Part shown: positions 35,801 to 50,700 of the stretch, piece after piece | Layout of the letters: the number at the start of each line of letters is the position of its first letter | Numbering within the stretch: position 1 is the first letter of the stretch | Source: Anthoceros angustus | Taxonomy: Eukaryota > Plantae > Anthocerotophyta | Assembly (NCBI GenBank): GCA_010909165.1 | Contig: MU008189.1 | Location: 558,001 to 622,000, forward strand | DNA: 64,000 nt | Direction of reading: 5' to 3' | The notes under the pieces: generated by a model | Seen by the model: only the letters and a program-made list of their open reading frames with translations | What the model was told of the DNA's origin: nothing | Databases searched by the model: none | Made by a program: the position numbers and the translations under genes

Positions 35801-38800
35801 GTAGCAACCTAAAGATAATTTGGTTAGGATGTCGATGGACCTAGGATCGCTCCGAATTGTGGGCGTCCTTCGCGATAGCCATCTTAGGACCTAAAATCCG
35901 GGCGGTGCCCCGGCCGATGTATAAGAGGGGCGAATTAGGTCCCTCACGGATAATTCTGGTTGAGATCCCCACGCCTGTGGCTGGTTGGAGACGTCCGATT
36001 AGAGGGGCGGTGTCGCGACGCTCCTAGGGGTGGTCGAGCTTGCTCCTGGGGAGGAAAGTTCTCGACGGAGGGATGGCGTCGGCGGGCCGCCACAACAAGT
36101 GGACTTGCGGTGACCACGTCGATGATCCGGGCCCAAGCGGTTGTTGGATCAAGCGGCTTTAGCTCTCACCGCTCGGTGCGGGCGGCGGAGGAAGTGGTGA
36201 AGGCCGGGTTTGACGAAGAGGAGGCCAAGCGCAAGCAAGCGGAGGAAGACAAGCGGAACCTAGGAAATAAGGGCCAAGATTCAAGAAGATTTGTGCAGGC
36301 CGGAGAAGTTGCAAGCCATGACGAGCCAGGAAGCACTCATGGCTCAAATTAAGGATGCCCACGAGACGAACCAGAGATGCAGGGGAGTTGTTGCGAGCCA
36401 GAGGCGAGCGGCCTCGGTGGAAAAGGCCCATAAGCTAGCGGAGCGATATAAGCGGAGCGGATGAGGCACGTGGCGGGCCGAGAAAAGACAAAGGGAAGGA
36501 AGCGGGGTAGCAGGACCACGGAGTAGCGGAAGGCCTACCGAGCGGAAGGAAGCGAACCGAGGTAGCCGAAACCTCACCTACCATGTTCTTGAGCGAACGA
36601 CGTGGAGTCCACTACCGCGTAGTCGAAACCGCTACCGACATTGGCGCAACCAACCCGGGCGGGCGGGCGGGCGGCGATGCGGCGTGGCGCCTCGCGAGGA
36701 CATAGGCGCAACCGGTGTAGCCTACGGGAGGAGGGTAAGCACCTCACCGGTGCAGGGGTCCTATTATATTACGGCACATGGATGAGGAAACTTATGTGCC
36801 GGTCTATATGTGAATGGAGAACGCGTGCTTAACCTCACCGCCCATGTGCGTGTGGAAATAGGAGGGATCGGGGCCTACCTCGCAAGTGAGGACCCGTGCA
36901 TACTTCTACGCTGGGTGTGGGGTTGGCTCCCTATTATGCGGAGGCGACTTTGGAGGAGTTGAGCGAGGAGGAGGTCCAGCTTGGGTGGACGAGGCGTAAT
37001 CCTCGGCAATAGGCGGCCAGCGGAAGATGCGGAAGCCCAGGCGGTACACCTCAAATTCGACGTCCAGCGGTGGCGGTGAGGTGGAAGTAGTGTGGGAGAA
37101 CGTCCGGCCGCGTGGCGGGAGCTCGTGGCGGCAGCAATGGAGGACGTGGCCGGCCAAGTCGAGGTAGGGCGCGAGATAGCGTGGGGCGAGGTGGTAGCAA
37201 CCTAAAGATAATTTGGTTAGGATGTCGATGGACCTAGGATCGCTCCGAATTGTGGGCGTCCTTCGCGATAGCCATCTTAGGACCTAAAATCCGGGCGGTG
37301 CCCCGGCCGATGTATAAGAGGGGCGAATTAGGTCCCTCACGGATAATTCTGGTTGAGATCCCCACGCCTGTGGCTGGTTGGAGACGTCCGATTGAGGAGG
37401 CGGTGTCGCGACGCTCCTAGGGGTGGTCGAGCTTGCTCCGGGGAGGAGGGTGATAAAGCAATCTTCGACAAAGGAGGAGGAAACCAAGGGATTGGCGCGG
37501 GCGGGTCCGGAGCTTGCCTGTGTGGCCTGGGGTTCTTCTTTCCTTCACACTTGTCCCCAGTTGTGTTCAATTGAGAGAGAAGTGTTGAGTGGATGGTTGG
37601 AAGCTGCGGGCGAGTTGAGGAGAGAGAGAGAGGGAGAAGATTGGGTGAAGGAGTGACTAAACCGTGCGATGCGAGGTGTGAGAGGGGTTGAGAAGGGAAC
37701 TAATTGAGAGGCTAGCGGTGGAGATTGTGTGAATCCAAAAGAAACCAAACCGGTCCTGGTGGAAGCGTGCAAGGGGAACAATTCCCTTGTAAAATTGTGA
37801 GTGTGGCGCCTTTGTGTGTGTGTGGAGCGGTGAGGATTTGTGGAATTTAGGTCCCTAGGAATCGGTGTGTGTGTGCATGAAGTGTGGAGTGCAGAATAAA
37901 GCCGGATCCGTGCAGTGGGCCGCCCGTGCGAGATCCCAGGGCGTCGGAAATAAGTCGCTAGGGTTTGGGTGTGGGACCCACCTCGGTGGTCGAAGCAACT
38001 ACCCGGTAGTGGTGAGAGCCACCGCGGTCGTGGAATAAGATTTGCGGTCGTGGAATAAGAGTGGTAGCTAGACAAGTCGGGGTAGTAGTGGTTGAGTAGA
38101 TAGGTAAGAGGAGTAATAGCAAGTAAGTCTTGACTTAGGTGAAGGTCGAGTGATAGAAGTTAGCGTCTCTTGGCACAAACCATTCCCTTGGGAGCGAATC
38201 CTAAGCCTACAACGACATTGAGGGTGAATGTGGACCTCACGGTGTCCCCGGACACGAATCCACACTCCACATTTTGGCGCCGTTCAATGGAATGAAATCA
38301 AGGGATAGAAGGAAGAAGGGAACTAACCTAGCTTAAGTAGAGTCTAGCATTACTAGATTGATAGATGGATGCCTCGGGTGGAGACAAGCGATTCGGATCC
38401 GACTGGGGAAACGCTTCGGCAAGGCACGCATGAAAGATTGCGAGAGTTACGAGGAGAGCACGGGCGGAGATCACACTTGGGCGAGGAAGAGGGGCAGGAG
38501 TCGACTCGAACTAGGATCGGATCTTATCGGATTGATTCCCAACTCTCGACTAGCGGTGGAGATTGTGTGAATCCAAAAGAAACCAAACCGGTCTGGTGGA
38601 AGCGTGCAAGGCAGCGTTCCTTGTAAAATTGTGTGAGTGTGGCGCCTTTGTGTGTGTGTGGAGCGGTGAGGGATTTGTGGAATTTAGGTCCCTAGGAATC
38701 GGTGTGTGTGTGTGCATGAAGTGTGGAGTGCAGAATAAAGCCGGATCCGTGCACAGCGGTGGACGCCCGTGGCAGGGATCCGCGGCGCCGTGCGCCGGAA

Positions 38801-39465
38801 ATAAGTCGCTAGGGTTTGGGTGTGGGACCCACCTCGGTGGTCGAAGCAACTACCCGGTAGTGGTGAGAGCCACCGCGGTCGTGGAATAAGATTTGCGGTC
38901 GTGGAATAAGAGCTGTGGTAGCTAGACAAGTCGGGGGGTAGTAGTGGTTGAGTAGATAGGTAAGAGGAGTAATAGCAAGTAAGTCCTGACTTAGGTGAAG
39001 GTCAGTAGCGATAGAAGTTAGCGTCTCTTGGCACAAACCATTCCCTTGGGAGCGAATCCTAAGCCTACAACGACATTGAGGGCGAATGTGGACCTCACGG
39101 TGTCCCTGGACACAAATCCACACTCCACATTTTGGCGCCGTTGCCGGGGAATGGAATCGCTGTCAAGGACGTAGGAAGGACTAACCATAGCTTAAGTAGA
39201 GTCTAGCATTACTAGATTGATAGATGGATGCCTCGGGTGGAGACAAGCGATTCTGGATCTGACTGTGGGGAAACGCTTCTGGCAAGACGGCAACGCCAAG
39301 CAGCGGAAAGATTGCAGAGAGTTACGAGGAGGGCACAGGCGGAGATCACACTTGGGCGAGGAAGAGGGGCGAGTCGACTCGAACTAGGATCGGATCTTAT
39401 CGGATTCAGATTCCCAACTCTCGACTACAGAAGCGGTACAAGGGGCCAGGTACCCCGATTCCACC

Positions 39466-41110
39466 TTGTCTTTTGATCTCTGCTCCCGAGTGCCTAGACC
39501 AGCTGCGGTCCAGTCGAACTTCGTGAATGTAGAGGTCAGTCCAGACGTAGTGGCCGCGTCAACTACCGCAGTCGTTGAAAGTACTACCCCGGTAGTTATG
39601 GCCAGTACTCCGGTGCTCGTTACTACTAAGCAATCTTACCCGTTGTACGGAGAAAAGAAGGGCCATGAGGATCCTGACGAGTTTGTCGAGCGTTTTGAGC
39701 AGTTGACGCTTGCCAACCAGGAGGATGCGCATCGTGCCCAGCTGTTTTATGGAGTCTTACGCGGAGCGGCGGCCAAGTGGTACAAGCGGGAGTACATAGC
39801 TTCTGCCACACCCCCAGCTACTTTTGGGGCCTTGAAGAGAGCTTTTTGTGAAAGGTTCAGAGGGGTCGATGTGGAAGGATATGTCTTGTCCAAACTCGAG
39901 GGACTGCGGAGAGGGAAGAAGGAGACACTGCAGGCTTATGTGGAAAGGTTCCACAGCCTACGGATCGGTGACTCGAGCTAATGGCCATTCATTTGGTTTG
40001 CAAGAGGATTGGCGCTTGCCAACGTGAGGATGCGATCGTGCCCATGCTTTATGGAGTCTTACGGAGCGGCGGCCAAGTGGTACAAGCGGGAGTACATAGC
40101 TTCGCCACACCCCGCCTACTTTTGGGGCCTTGAAGAGAGCTTTTGTGAAAGGTTCGGAGGGTCGATGTGGAAGGATATGTCTTGTCCAAACTCGAGGGAT
40201 TGCGGAGAGGGAAGAAGGCAGCTTATGTGGAAAGGTTCCACACCCTACGGATCGGTCACTCGAGCTAATGGCCATTCATTTGGTTTGCAAGAGGATTGGG
40301 CGGAGATGGGAAGGCACGTCGTCTCAGTGAGAAAAGATTTGGATCGGGCGATTAAAGGCGCCTCGAACTATGAGGAGTCCAACGCGGAAGAGAAGAAGAA
40401 CTCGAACAAGGGCGCGGAAGGACAAAAGAAATACAAAAGAAGAAGAAGTACTATTCGTCCTCCGATGCTGCGGAGGAGGATAGTTTTCAACCGACTCCTC
40501 GGGTAGCTCCACGGAAGAGGAGACCAGCGAGGATTCGGAGGAGAATTCGTCAGAAGGTGAGCGCAACCGAAGGGATAGAAGGAAGAAGGGAAAAAATGAC
40601 TGGGAAACAAGACGACGTGCAAAAGGGAAGGAGCTGCTATATGCACGAAAGGACGCGGAGCAGGTGAGAAGAGAGGTGGAAACAGCAGCCAAAAAGGTGG
40701 AGCAACAAGGGAACAAGATGGAGGAAATGATGGTCAAACTGGAGAAACTCCATCTTAATGCCATCAAGGACCATGATAGAAGAAGGGTTGCTCGGAGCGG
40801 GCGAATCTCTTCGCTCAACTTGTGGACAGCAGGGCACTCGAGGTCGAACTGCCCACAAACAAAAGTGCAACCATCTTGGGCTACGAGGAAGAGGATGAGG
40901 AGATGTGCTTGGAAGATACATACCAAATTCAAGAGGCAACACCGATCTCGGTACCAAAACTTTGTACCCCTCGAGTTTGCGAAACCCCACAGGCATGGGC
41001 ATTCGCAATCGGATGGCAAGGAACCCGGGCAAATGAGTGCGTCAGTTACAATTGCCGAGGGTTCGGGCATCTTGCTGGATGCCCCTCCGCATCTCGCCAG
41101 GGAATGGTGA
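39466..41110 (+). CDS. Gypsy gag (frameshifted)
   Basis: EDPDEFVERFE...LRGAAAKWY...FGALKRAFCERF; CCHC knuckle remnants near 40815 (C..C...GHSRSNC) and 41045 (CYNCRGFGHLAGC). Confidence 0.88.
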
Positions 41111-41777
41111 TTTTGAAAGGTGTGGACGCAAGCAATCGGTCACGTGGCCGGCGTCCTCTGCCGCAAAAAAACAGTGAGGATCGCTCAACCTCCGGTTACG
41201 GCGACCCACCCCCCCGTACAGCAAAGCCCGTTGCCAGCAATGCAAGTCGAAGATGCGCTCATGGCTGTATGGGAGGATTCCGAGGCCAGTGTACTGAGGA
41301 GCCTGGAAGGGTTGGGGGATGTGGACAGTGGGTATTACGGAACTCCTGCGATGGCTGTTCGGACGCGGAGCGGCGAGAGGAAGGCGGACACCCTAAGAAG
41401 GGGAACGGGGGAAAAAGAGGAAGAAGAACGGAGTGGGAGCCTCCATAACGTCCGCAAGTGAGGAGGAAGAGGCGTCTTCATCAAAGCGGGAAGGAAGAGA
41501 AGTCCAACCACAAAAGGCGAGGGACTCGGTATGGAGTCGTGAAAAAGAAAGGGCATGCGAATCCAGTGGACGGGAGCAAGGCACGACGCCACACTTAACG
41601 CGAGGTTGCGATTTGGATGGCATCACGGTGTAACTCCCTTAGCGAGACCGCGGATTCGAGGGTGAAGTGCAAAAAGGACATGGACGGCAGTGGGACTCGA
41701 GTCGACACATGGGGCGAAAAACCCGCAAGAGGAAAAAAGGATGAGTCGGCGTTTCCGCCCGATGTCAGAGGAAGGTT

Positions 41778-44700
41778 ATGGATATGATCCGACAAGAACT
41801 GGAACAGACTCCGACAGTCGTACCTTTGGCCACTGACCCACCTGACCCACCTACCGGCCAGTCTGTTTCAACGACCGCAACATCTCGAACCTACAGGTTC
41901 GAAATGACGGTGGGGGTTGGCAAGGAGAAAGCAGAAAACAGTGTTCCTTTCAATTTGGCGGGCTATCATGGACCAAAAGTTCATGATAACGTTGACGACT
42001 TCGTGGACAATCGCATGCAGACCGTCAAGTGGGGCATTGAAGGCGGCACAACCCAAGAAGAGACGGAACCTTTCCACCCCAAGGCCGAAATCCCTTCTGT
42101 GAATATGGTGGCCATGATGGACACTGTGAGCTCTGAGATAGAAATTGCGGGATGTGTAATCAAGAAGGTGCCGCTAGATTCCGGTCGAGTCAACATCATG
42201 ACAGAGGAGACCGCTCGGAAGCTTGGGTTGCGAGATAGAACATACATCAAAGGTGTTGCGGTGGCGGACATGTCCAAAATGGCGGTAGGGGAGTGACGGA
42301 GTCCTAACCCATATTGGTACCATTCCGTACCTCATGGACTACGTGGTCATTAAACAAAAAGCGCCAGGGTATGAGGTTCTCATTGACGAACATGGATGTA
42401 TGGGGCACGTTGCACCTTCAAATGGGCGAGAAAGGAAGTGGGATTCAAACCTCTGGACTGGGACCCCAAAATTAAGGAGGAAGGATATGTTTGACTTGGA
42501 GCAGAGATACGTACGCAGGGGAGACACCCACTGAAACGGAGGGATACACCTCTGCTGAAGATACCTCTGGGGGAGAGGATGAGAAGGAGAAATTCCCATT
42601 CGCACATATTTCGTGGTCAGATGAAGAGGACGATTACCGGAGAGATATTCCACATTCCATCAACCTATTAGGGTGCTATGGAGTCACAATTGACAACCCG
42701 GTGGTCGGGGAGGAGACCGGGAGGTCGAGGAACAAGAAGTAGAGGTGGCTGAGCCGGGGAGCGACGCATCTGGACAAACTTCGGAGGGGTGCGAGGAGGG
42801 TGTCTCACGTTTTACCTCAGACGACCTATTCCGGGAATGGGGAATGCGCGAAGGAGAACCAAGACAGCCGGAGGAAGGGTTCGGCATCACATCCGCGCCG
42901 GTGGAGAGAGAGTGGGTACAGACGGATGAGGTCAAGGATGTGGAAGTGTTGCCTGGCAAGGTCCTTAAGTTTTCGAACAGGATGAATGCAGACTTGGAAA
43001 GGGGTATGAAACAGCTGTTGGCGGAATTTATCCACGTTTTTGCTTTTGACGTTACAGACATGAAGGGTATACCGAGGGAGTGGGGGGAGCACAAGATTGA
43101 TCTCGAGGGTCAGTGCGGTCCGGATACCGCAATACAAGCTAAATCCAAAGTATTCACTGAAGGTAAAGGAACAATTGGAGCTCTACTTGTGAGACGTCAT
43201 ATATCCTATTGTGACATCGGTGGGTAGCCCCAATTGTGGTGGTTCCCAAAAGCGTAAGGGAAGATACGGTCCGCCAGATTGGAGGAAGTTAAACAAGGTG
43301 ACCAAAAAGACCATTACCCGCTTCCATTCATAGACAACATCGGACTTAGTTGCAGGAGAATGGTCTACTCGTTCGGATGGGTATTCGGGTATAACCATCT
43401 CGTGGAGAGTGATTGGCACATGCCTTCACTACTGGGAACCTATGCCTACAAACGGAGTGCGTTCGGATTAACAGGCACCAGATCCTTCATGCGGATTGTC
43501 AAGATTTTCAAGGAATACCTTAGGGACTTCATGGAGGTCTTCCTGGATGACTTCTGCGTGTTTGGAGCGAAGATCACCTCAACCACCTTCGCAAATGTCC
43601 GAACGGTGTCACAGATTGTGTCTACATCCCGAGAAATGTTATTTCGGCATGCGAATCCAGGACGGGAGCAAGGCACGAACGCCACACTTAACGCGAGGGT
43701 TGCGATTTGGATGGCATCACGGTGTAACTCCCTTAGCGAGACCGCGGATTCGAGGGTGAAGTGCAAACGAGGACAAGGGGCAGGACTCGAGTCGACACAT
43801 GGGGCGAAAAACCCGCAAGAGGAAAAAAGGATGAGTCGGCGTTTCCGCGATGTCGAGGAAGGTTATGGATATGATCCGACAAGAATCGAACAGACTCCGG
43901 TCGTACCTTTGGCCACTGACCCACCTGACCCACCTACCGGCCAGCCTGTTTCAACGACCGCAACATCAAACAGACCGCGGTTGCTGAAATGACGGTGGGG
44001 GTTGGCAAGGAGAAACAGAAGCACAGTGTTCCTTTCAATTTGGCGCTATCATGGACCAAAAGTTCATGATAACGTTGACGACTTCTCGGACAATCCGCGT
44101 ACCGCCAAAGAACTGGGGGCATTGAAGGCGGCACAACCCAAGAAGAGACGGAACCTTTCCACCCCAAGGCCGAAATCCCTTGCGTGAATATGGTGGCCAT
44201 GATGGACTGACCATGAGCTGTATAGAAATTGCGGGATGTGTAATCAAGAAGGTGCCGCTAGATTCCGGTCGAGTCAACATCATGACAGAGGAGACCGCTT
44301 GGGTTGCGATAGAACATACATCAAAGGTGTTGCGGCTGGCGGACATGTCCAAAATGGCGCCGGAGGGGAGTTGACGGGAGTCCTAACCCATATTGGTACC
44401 ATTCCGTACCTCATGGACTACGTGGTCATTAAACAAAAAGCGCCAGGTATGAGGTTCTCATTGGACGAACATGGATGTATGGGGCACGTTGCACCTTCAA
44501 ATGGGCGAGAAAGGAAGTGGGATTCAAACCTCTGGGACCCCAAAATTAAGGAGGAAGGATATGTTTGACTTGGAGCAGATACGCAGTGGGGAGACACCCA
44601 CGAAACGGAGGGATACACCTCAAGATACCTCGGGAGAGGATGAGAAGGAGAAATTCCCATTCGCACATATTTCGTGGTCAGATGAAGAGGACGATTACCG

Positions 44701-47700
44701 GAGAGATATTCCACATTCCATCAACCTATTAGGGTGCTATGGAGTCACAATTGACAACCCGGTGGTCGGGACTGAGGAGACCAGGACGGAGGTCGAGGAA
44801 CAAGAAGTAGAGGTGGCTGAGCCGGGGAGCGACGCATCTGGACAAACTTCGGAGGGGTGCGAGGAGGGTGTCTCACGTTTTACCTCAGACGACCTATTCC
44901 GGGAATGGGGAATGCGCGAAGGAGAACCAAGACAGCCGGAGGAAGGGTTCGGCATCACATCCGCGCCGGTGGAGAGAGAGTGGCATGCACGGATGAGGTC
45001 AAGGATGTGGAAGTGTTGCCCGGCAAGGTCCTTAAGTTTTCGAGCAGGATGAATGCAGACTTGGAAAGGGGTATGAAACATGGAATTTATCCACGTTTTG
45101 CTTTTGACGCATATGAAGGGTATACCGAGGGAGTGGGGAGCACAAGATTGATCTCGAGCCGGGTGCCGTGCCAGTCCGGATACCGCAATACAAGCTAAAT
45201 CCAAAGTATTCTGAAGGTAAAGGAACAATTGGAGCTCTACTGCGACGCATATATCCTATTGTGACATCGGAGTGGGTAGCCCCAATTGTGGTGGTTCCCA
45301 AAAGCGTAAGGGAAGATACGGTCCGCCAGATTGGAGGAAGTTAAACAAGGTGACCAAAAAGACCATTACCCGCTTCCATTCATAGACAACATAATCGGAC
45401 TTAGTTGCAGGAGAATGGTCTACCTGCTCGGATGGGTATTCGGGTATAATCACCACATCTCGTGGAGAGTGATTGGCCCCCAATCCTTCACTCTGATCGG
45501 GAACCTATGCCTACAAACGGAGTGCGTTCGGATTAACAGGGCACCGTGATCCTTCATGCGACTGTCAAGATTTTCAAGGAATACCTTAGGGACTTCATGG
45601 AGGTCTTCCTGGATGACTTCGTGTTTGGAGCAACAAAGATCACCTCAACCACCTTCGCAAATGTCCGAACGGTGTCACAGACAATTGTGTCTACATCCCG
45701 AGAAATGTTATTTCGGCATGCCGAGGGTATTTTGTTGGGGCACCGCATTTTGCGGGGGATAGAGGTCGACCGGATAAGGTCAAAATCATTACCGCCTCAA
45801 GCCACCTACCAAGGAGCTTAGGGATTCCTCGGAATGGTAGGCTATTATCGAAGGTTTGTGAAGAATTTCTCCGGAAGGCGCTCGCTTCGTGCTTCGCAAG
45901 GACCGGAGTGGGAATGGACGCAAAAGAGAGGAGGCCTTCAATGATCTTCGAACCACCCTGATCACAGGACCCACGCTGCGGGGACCGGACTAGACCAAGA
46001 AATTCCACGTGTTTGTAGACGTTTCGGCCTATGCAATCGGTACCATTCTAAGCCAAAGGGATGACAAGAAGCATGATTACCCAATCTATTATGCAGGGAG
46101 ACAGCTCACTGACGCAGAAAAGAAGTATACCACCACCGAGAGGGAGGCGCTGGGAATGGTATACTCGGTTCGCAAGTTTCGTCACTATTTGCTATCCTAC
46201 GAGTTCGTCTTCCATGTGGACCACTTCGCCCTCAAACACCTGGTAAACAAAACTGACTTGTCTGGACGCATAGCAAGATGGATCCTACTCCTGCAGGAAT
46301 TCACGTTCACGGTGGAGACGAGAGGAGGTAGTAAACATGTGAATGCAGATTACATTTCGAGAAATGGGGAATGCGAAGGAGAAATTCCCATTCCATCAAC
46401 CTATTAGGGTGCTATGGAGTCACAATTGACAACCCGGTGGTCGGGGAGGAGACCGGACGAGGTCGAGGAACAAGAAGTAGAGGTGGTCGAGCCGGGAGCG
46501 ACGATCCGGACAAACTTCGGAGGGTGCGAGGGTGTCTCACGTTTTACCTCGACGACCTATTCCGGAATGGGGAATGCGAAGGAGAACCAAGACATGGAGG
46601 AAGGGTTCGCATCACATCCGCGCCGGTGGAGAGAGAGTGGCATGCACGGATGAGGTCAAGGATGTGGAAGTGTTGCCCGGCAAGGTCCTTAAGTTTTCGA
46701 GCAGGATGAATGCAGACTTGGAAAGGGGTATGAAACATGGAATTTATCCACGTTTTGCTTTTGACGCATATGAAGGGTATACCGAGGGAGTGGGGAGCAC
46801 AAGATTGATCTCGTGCGTGCCCCGGATACCGCAATACAAGCTAAATCCAAAGTATTCTGAAGGTAAAGGAACAATTGGAGCTCTACTGCGACGCATATAT
46901 CCTATTGTGACATCGGAGTGGGTAGCCCCAATTGTGGTGGTTCCCAAAAGCGTAAGGGAAGATACGGTCCGCCAGATTGGAGGAAGTTAAACAAGGTGAC
47001 CAAAAAGACCATTACCCGCTTCCATTCATAGACAACATCGGACTTAGTTGCGGGGAGAATGGTCTACCTGCTCGGATGGGTATTCGGGTATAATCACCAC
47101 ATCTCGTGGAGAGTGATTGGCCCCCAATCCTTCACTCTGATCGGGAACCTATGCCTACAAACGGAGTGCGTTCGGATTAACAGGGCACCGTGATCCTTCA
47201 TGCGACTGTCAAGATTTTCAAGGAATACCTTAGGGACTTCATGGAGGTCTTCCTGGATGACTTCGTGTTTGGAGCAACAAAGATCACCTCAACCACCTTC
47301 GCAAATGTCCGAACGGTGTCACAGACAATTGTGTCTACATCCCGAGAAATGTTATTTCGGCATGCGAGGGTATTTTGTTGGGGCACCGATTGGGATAGAA
47401 GTCGACCCGGATAAAGTCAAAATCATCACCGCCCTCAAGCCACCTACCACACTGAAAGAGCTTAGGGGATTCCTCGGGATGGTAGGCTATTATCGCAGGT
47501 TTGTGAAGAATTTCTCCAAGGCAGCCGCGCTTACAGAGTTGCTTCGCAAGGACCAGGAGTGGGAGTGGACGCAGGAACGAGAGGAGGCCTTCAATGACCT
47601 TCGAACCACCCTGATCACAGCACCCACGCTGGGGCCGATCGAACAAGAAGTTCCACGTGTTTGTAGACGTTTCGCCTATGCAATCGGTACCATTCTAAGC

Positions 47701-50700
47701 CAAAGGGATGACAAGAAGCACGATTATCCAATCTATTATGCTGGAGGCACGACGCAGAAGAAGTATACCACCACCGAGAGGAGGCGCTGGGATGGTGTAC
47801 TCGGTTCAAGTTTTCGTCACTATTTGCTATCCTACGAGTTCGTCTTCCATGTGGACCACTTCGCCTCAAACACCGTAAACAAAACCGACTTGTCCGGACG
47901 CATAGCAAGATGGATCCTACTCCGCAAGAATTCACGTTCACGGTGGAGACCAGAGGAGGGAGTAAACATGTGAATGCAGATTACATTTAAAGAGAGGAGG
48001 TTACAGACCAAAACGACGATTTTCCGATGAAGCTCTGCACGAGTTAGAGCGCACCGAACCATAAGGCGAGGGTAAATGGTGGCTCGGCAGAAATGAGAAG
48101 GGAGAACGGATACACAAGGCCCACTCACGAGGAGATGATGGAATTCTGGAACGGGAAAATACCATCGGATCTTTCAAACCCCAGTGCGTTTGTGCACTAT
48201 TCGCGTCCGTTTATGACGCAAAGACAATCTGTACAAATCGGGACCGGATGGGCGGGACAGTTATGGGTAACAAGGAGCAGTTATCCGTCTTGTGAGAGAT
48301 GCACGAGGGGAAGCGGAGGACATTTCGCACATATCACGTGCAAGAAGGTGCTTGAAACGGGTATGGTGGCAAACCATGCATCGTGATGCTAGGAGTTTGT
48401 TAAACGCGCGATGCACGCCGAGGGTTGGGAAACCGTCGCAACCACTCAATGGCCAATGGTTCCGATATTGGCCCCGCGCCATTCGAGAAATGGGGAATAG
48501 ACTTTGTTGGTCCCATACCAAAAACGAGGACGCGACAAAACCAATACATCCTCGTGGCCACAGACTATTGCAGCGTATGGTGGAAGCCCAAGCACTGCGG
48601 TAGACACACTCATGTAGTGGCGAGTTCCTCTATGAATGTTATCACTCGATATGGTGCCCTTGGAGCTTGTCGTGACAGAGGGTCACATTTAATCAGCAGT
48701 TATATCTCATATGACGATCTACTTCAACGTTACCAGAAAACGACTCCTTATAATCCCAAGGCAAATGGCTTAACGGAAAAGGCGAATGGGCTCTTGTGCG
48801 GGATCCTCAACAAGCTAACGGTGGAATACGCGTCGGGATCTTAAGCTTCACTCCGCCTGGGCATACAGGATCGCAGAGAAAATAACAACGCAACAAACAC
48901 CGTACTACCTCACCTACGGCCATTCTCCGGTAATGCCTATTGAGTTTGAAATTCCACCCTGCGTATCCAGGAAACTAACCGCATGGCAGTAGAGGAAAGT
49001 CAGCTGGAACGCCTGGTCAGCTTCGCTAAACATACAGAGGATAGGGAACAGGCGTTGAGCGTCATGCAGGATATTCAGGCGAAACGGAAAATATGGCATG
49101 ACAATCGGTTGCGGAAGCAAGAGTGGGTAGTTCCCGGTGACTTGGCCCTGCTGTACGACAATAGGTACATGCACTTTCCCGGCAAGCTCCACCTTCGATG
49201 GATGGGGCCATATAGGGTTCTCAAGTCTTCAAATGGATCAAGCGCAAGAACTAGGTGGCCTCCACTACCACCGAGAGGAGGCTGGGATGGTCTACTCGGT
49301 TCGCAAGTTCCGTCACTATTTGCTATCCTACGAGTTCGTCTTCCATGTGGACCACTTCGCCCTCAAACACCTGGTAAACAAAACTGACTTGTCTGGACGC
49401 ATCGCAAGATGGATCCTACTCCTGCAGGAATTCACGTTCACGGTAGAGACCAGAGGAGGTAGTAAACATGTGAATGCAGATTACATTTCGAGGCTGAGAT
49501 CAGAGGAGGTTACACAGAACCAAAACGACGATTTTCCGATGAAGCTGTTGAGAGTTAGAGGGCGCGGCCGAACCATAAGGCGAGGGTAAATGGTGGCTCG
49601 GCAGGAAATGAGAAGGGGAGAACGGGATACACAAGGCCCACTCACGAGGAGATGATGGAATTCTTGGAAACGGGGAAAATACCATCGGATCTTTCGAAAC
49701 CCCAGCGGCAGGCGTTTGTGCACTATTCGCGTCCGTTTGTACGACGCAAAGACAATCTGTACAAATCGGGACCGGATGGGCGGGACAGGTTATGGGTAAC
49801 AAGGGAGCAGGTTATCCGAGTGCTGACGGAGATGCACGAGGGGGAAGCGGGAGGACATTTTGCTGCACATATCACGTGCAAGAAGGTGCTTGAAACGGGG
49901 TATTGGTGGCAAACCATGCATCGTGATGCTAGGAGTTTGTTAAACGCGATGCCCGCCGAGGGTTGGGAAACCGTCGCAACCACTCAATGGCCAATGGTTC
50001 CGATATTGGCCCTCGCGCCATTCGAGAAATGGGGAATAGACTTTGTTGGTCCCATACAGCCAAAAACGAGGACGCGACAAAACCAATACATCCTCGTGGC
50101 CACAGACTATTGCACGCGTATGGTGGAAGCCCAAGCACTGCGGTAGAACCTGCTCATGTAGTGGCGAGTTCCTCTATGATTATCACTCGATATGGTTGCT
50201 TGGAGCTTGTCGTGACAGAGGGTCACATTTCGTCAACGAAGTTATATCTCATATGACGATCTACTTCAACGTTCGCCACAGGAAAACGACTCCTTATAAT
50301 CCCAAGGCAAATGGCTTAACGGAAAAGGCGAATGGGCTCTTGTGCAGGATCCTCAACAAGCTAACGGTGGAATACGCGTACGACTGGGATCTTAAGCTTC
50401 ACTCCGCGCTCTGGGCATACAGGACTGCAGAGAAAATAACAACGCAACAAACACCGTACTACCTCACCTACGGCCATTCTCCGGTAATGCCTATTGAGTT
50501 TGAAATTCCTACCCTGCGTATCCAGGAAACTAACCGCATGGCAGTAGAGGAAAGTCAGCTGGAACGCCTGGTCAGCTTCGCTAAACATACAGAGGATAGG
50601 GAACAGGCGTTGAGCGTCATGCAGGATATTCAGGCGAAACGGAAAATATGGCATGACAATCGGTTGCGAAGCAAGAGTGGGTAGTTCCGGTGACTTGGCC

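Larger units (their letters stand above)
31140..39129 (+). repeat. Gypsy 5' LTR (about 4 kb unique content, 8 kb as assembled)
   Basis: Starts TGTAGACGATC and ends ACTCCACA before the PBS; same module order as 50893-59824. Confidence 0.85.

Noticed and set aside
39133-39150. tRNA gene
   Set aside because: Only an 18-nt complement of the tRNA-Asp 3' end (primer-binding site); no cloverleaf.
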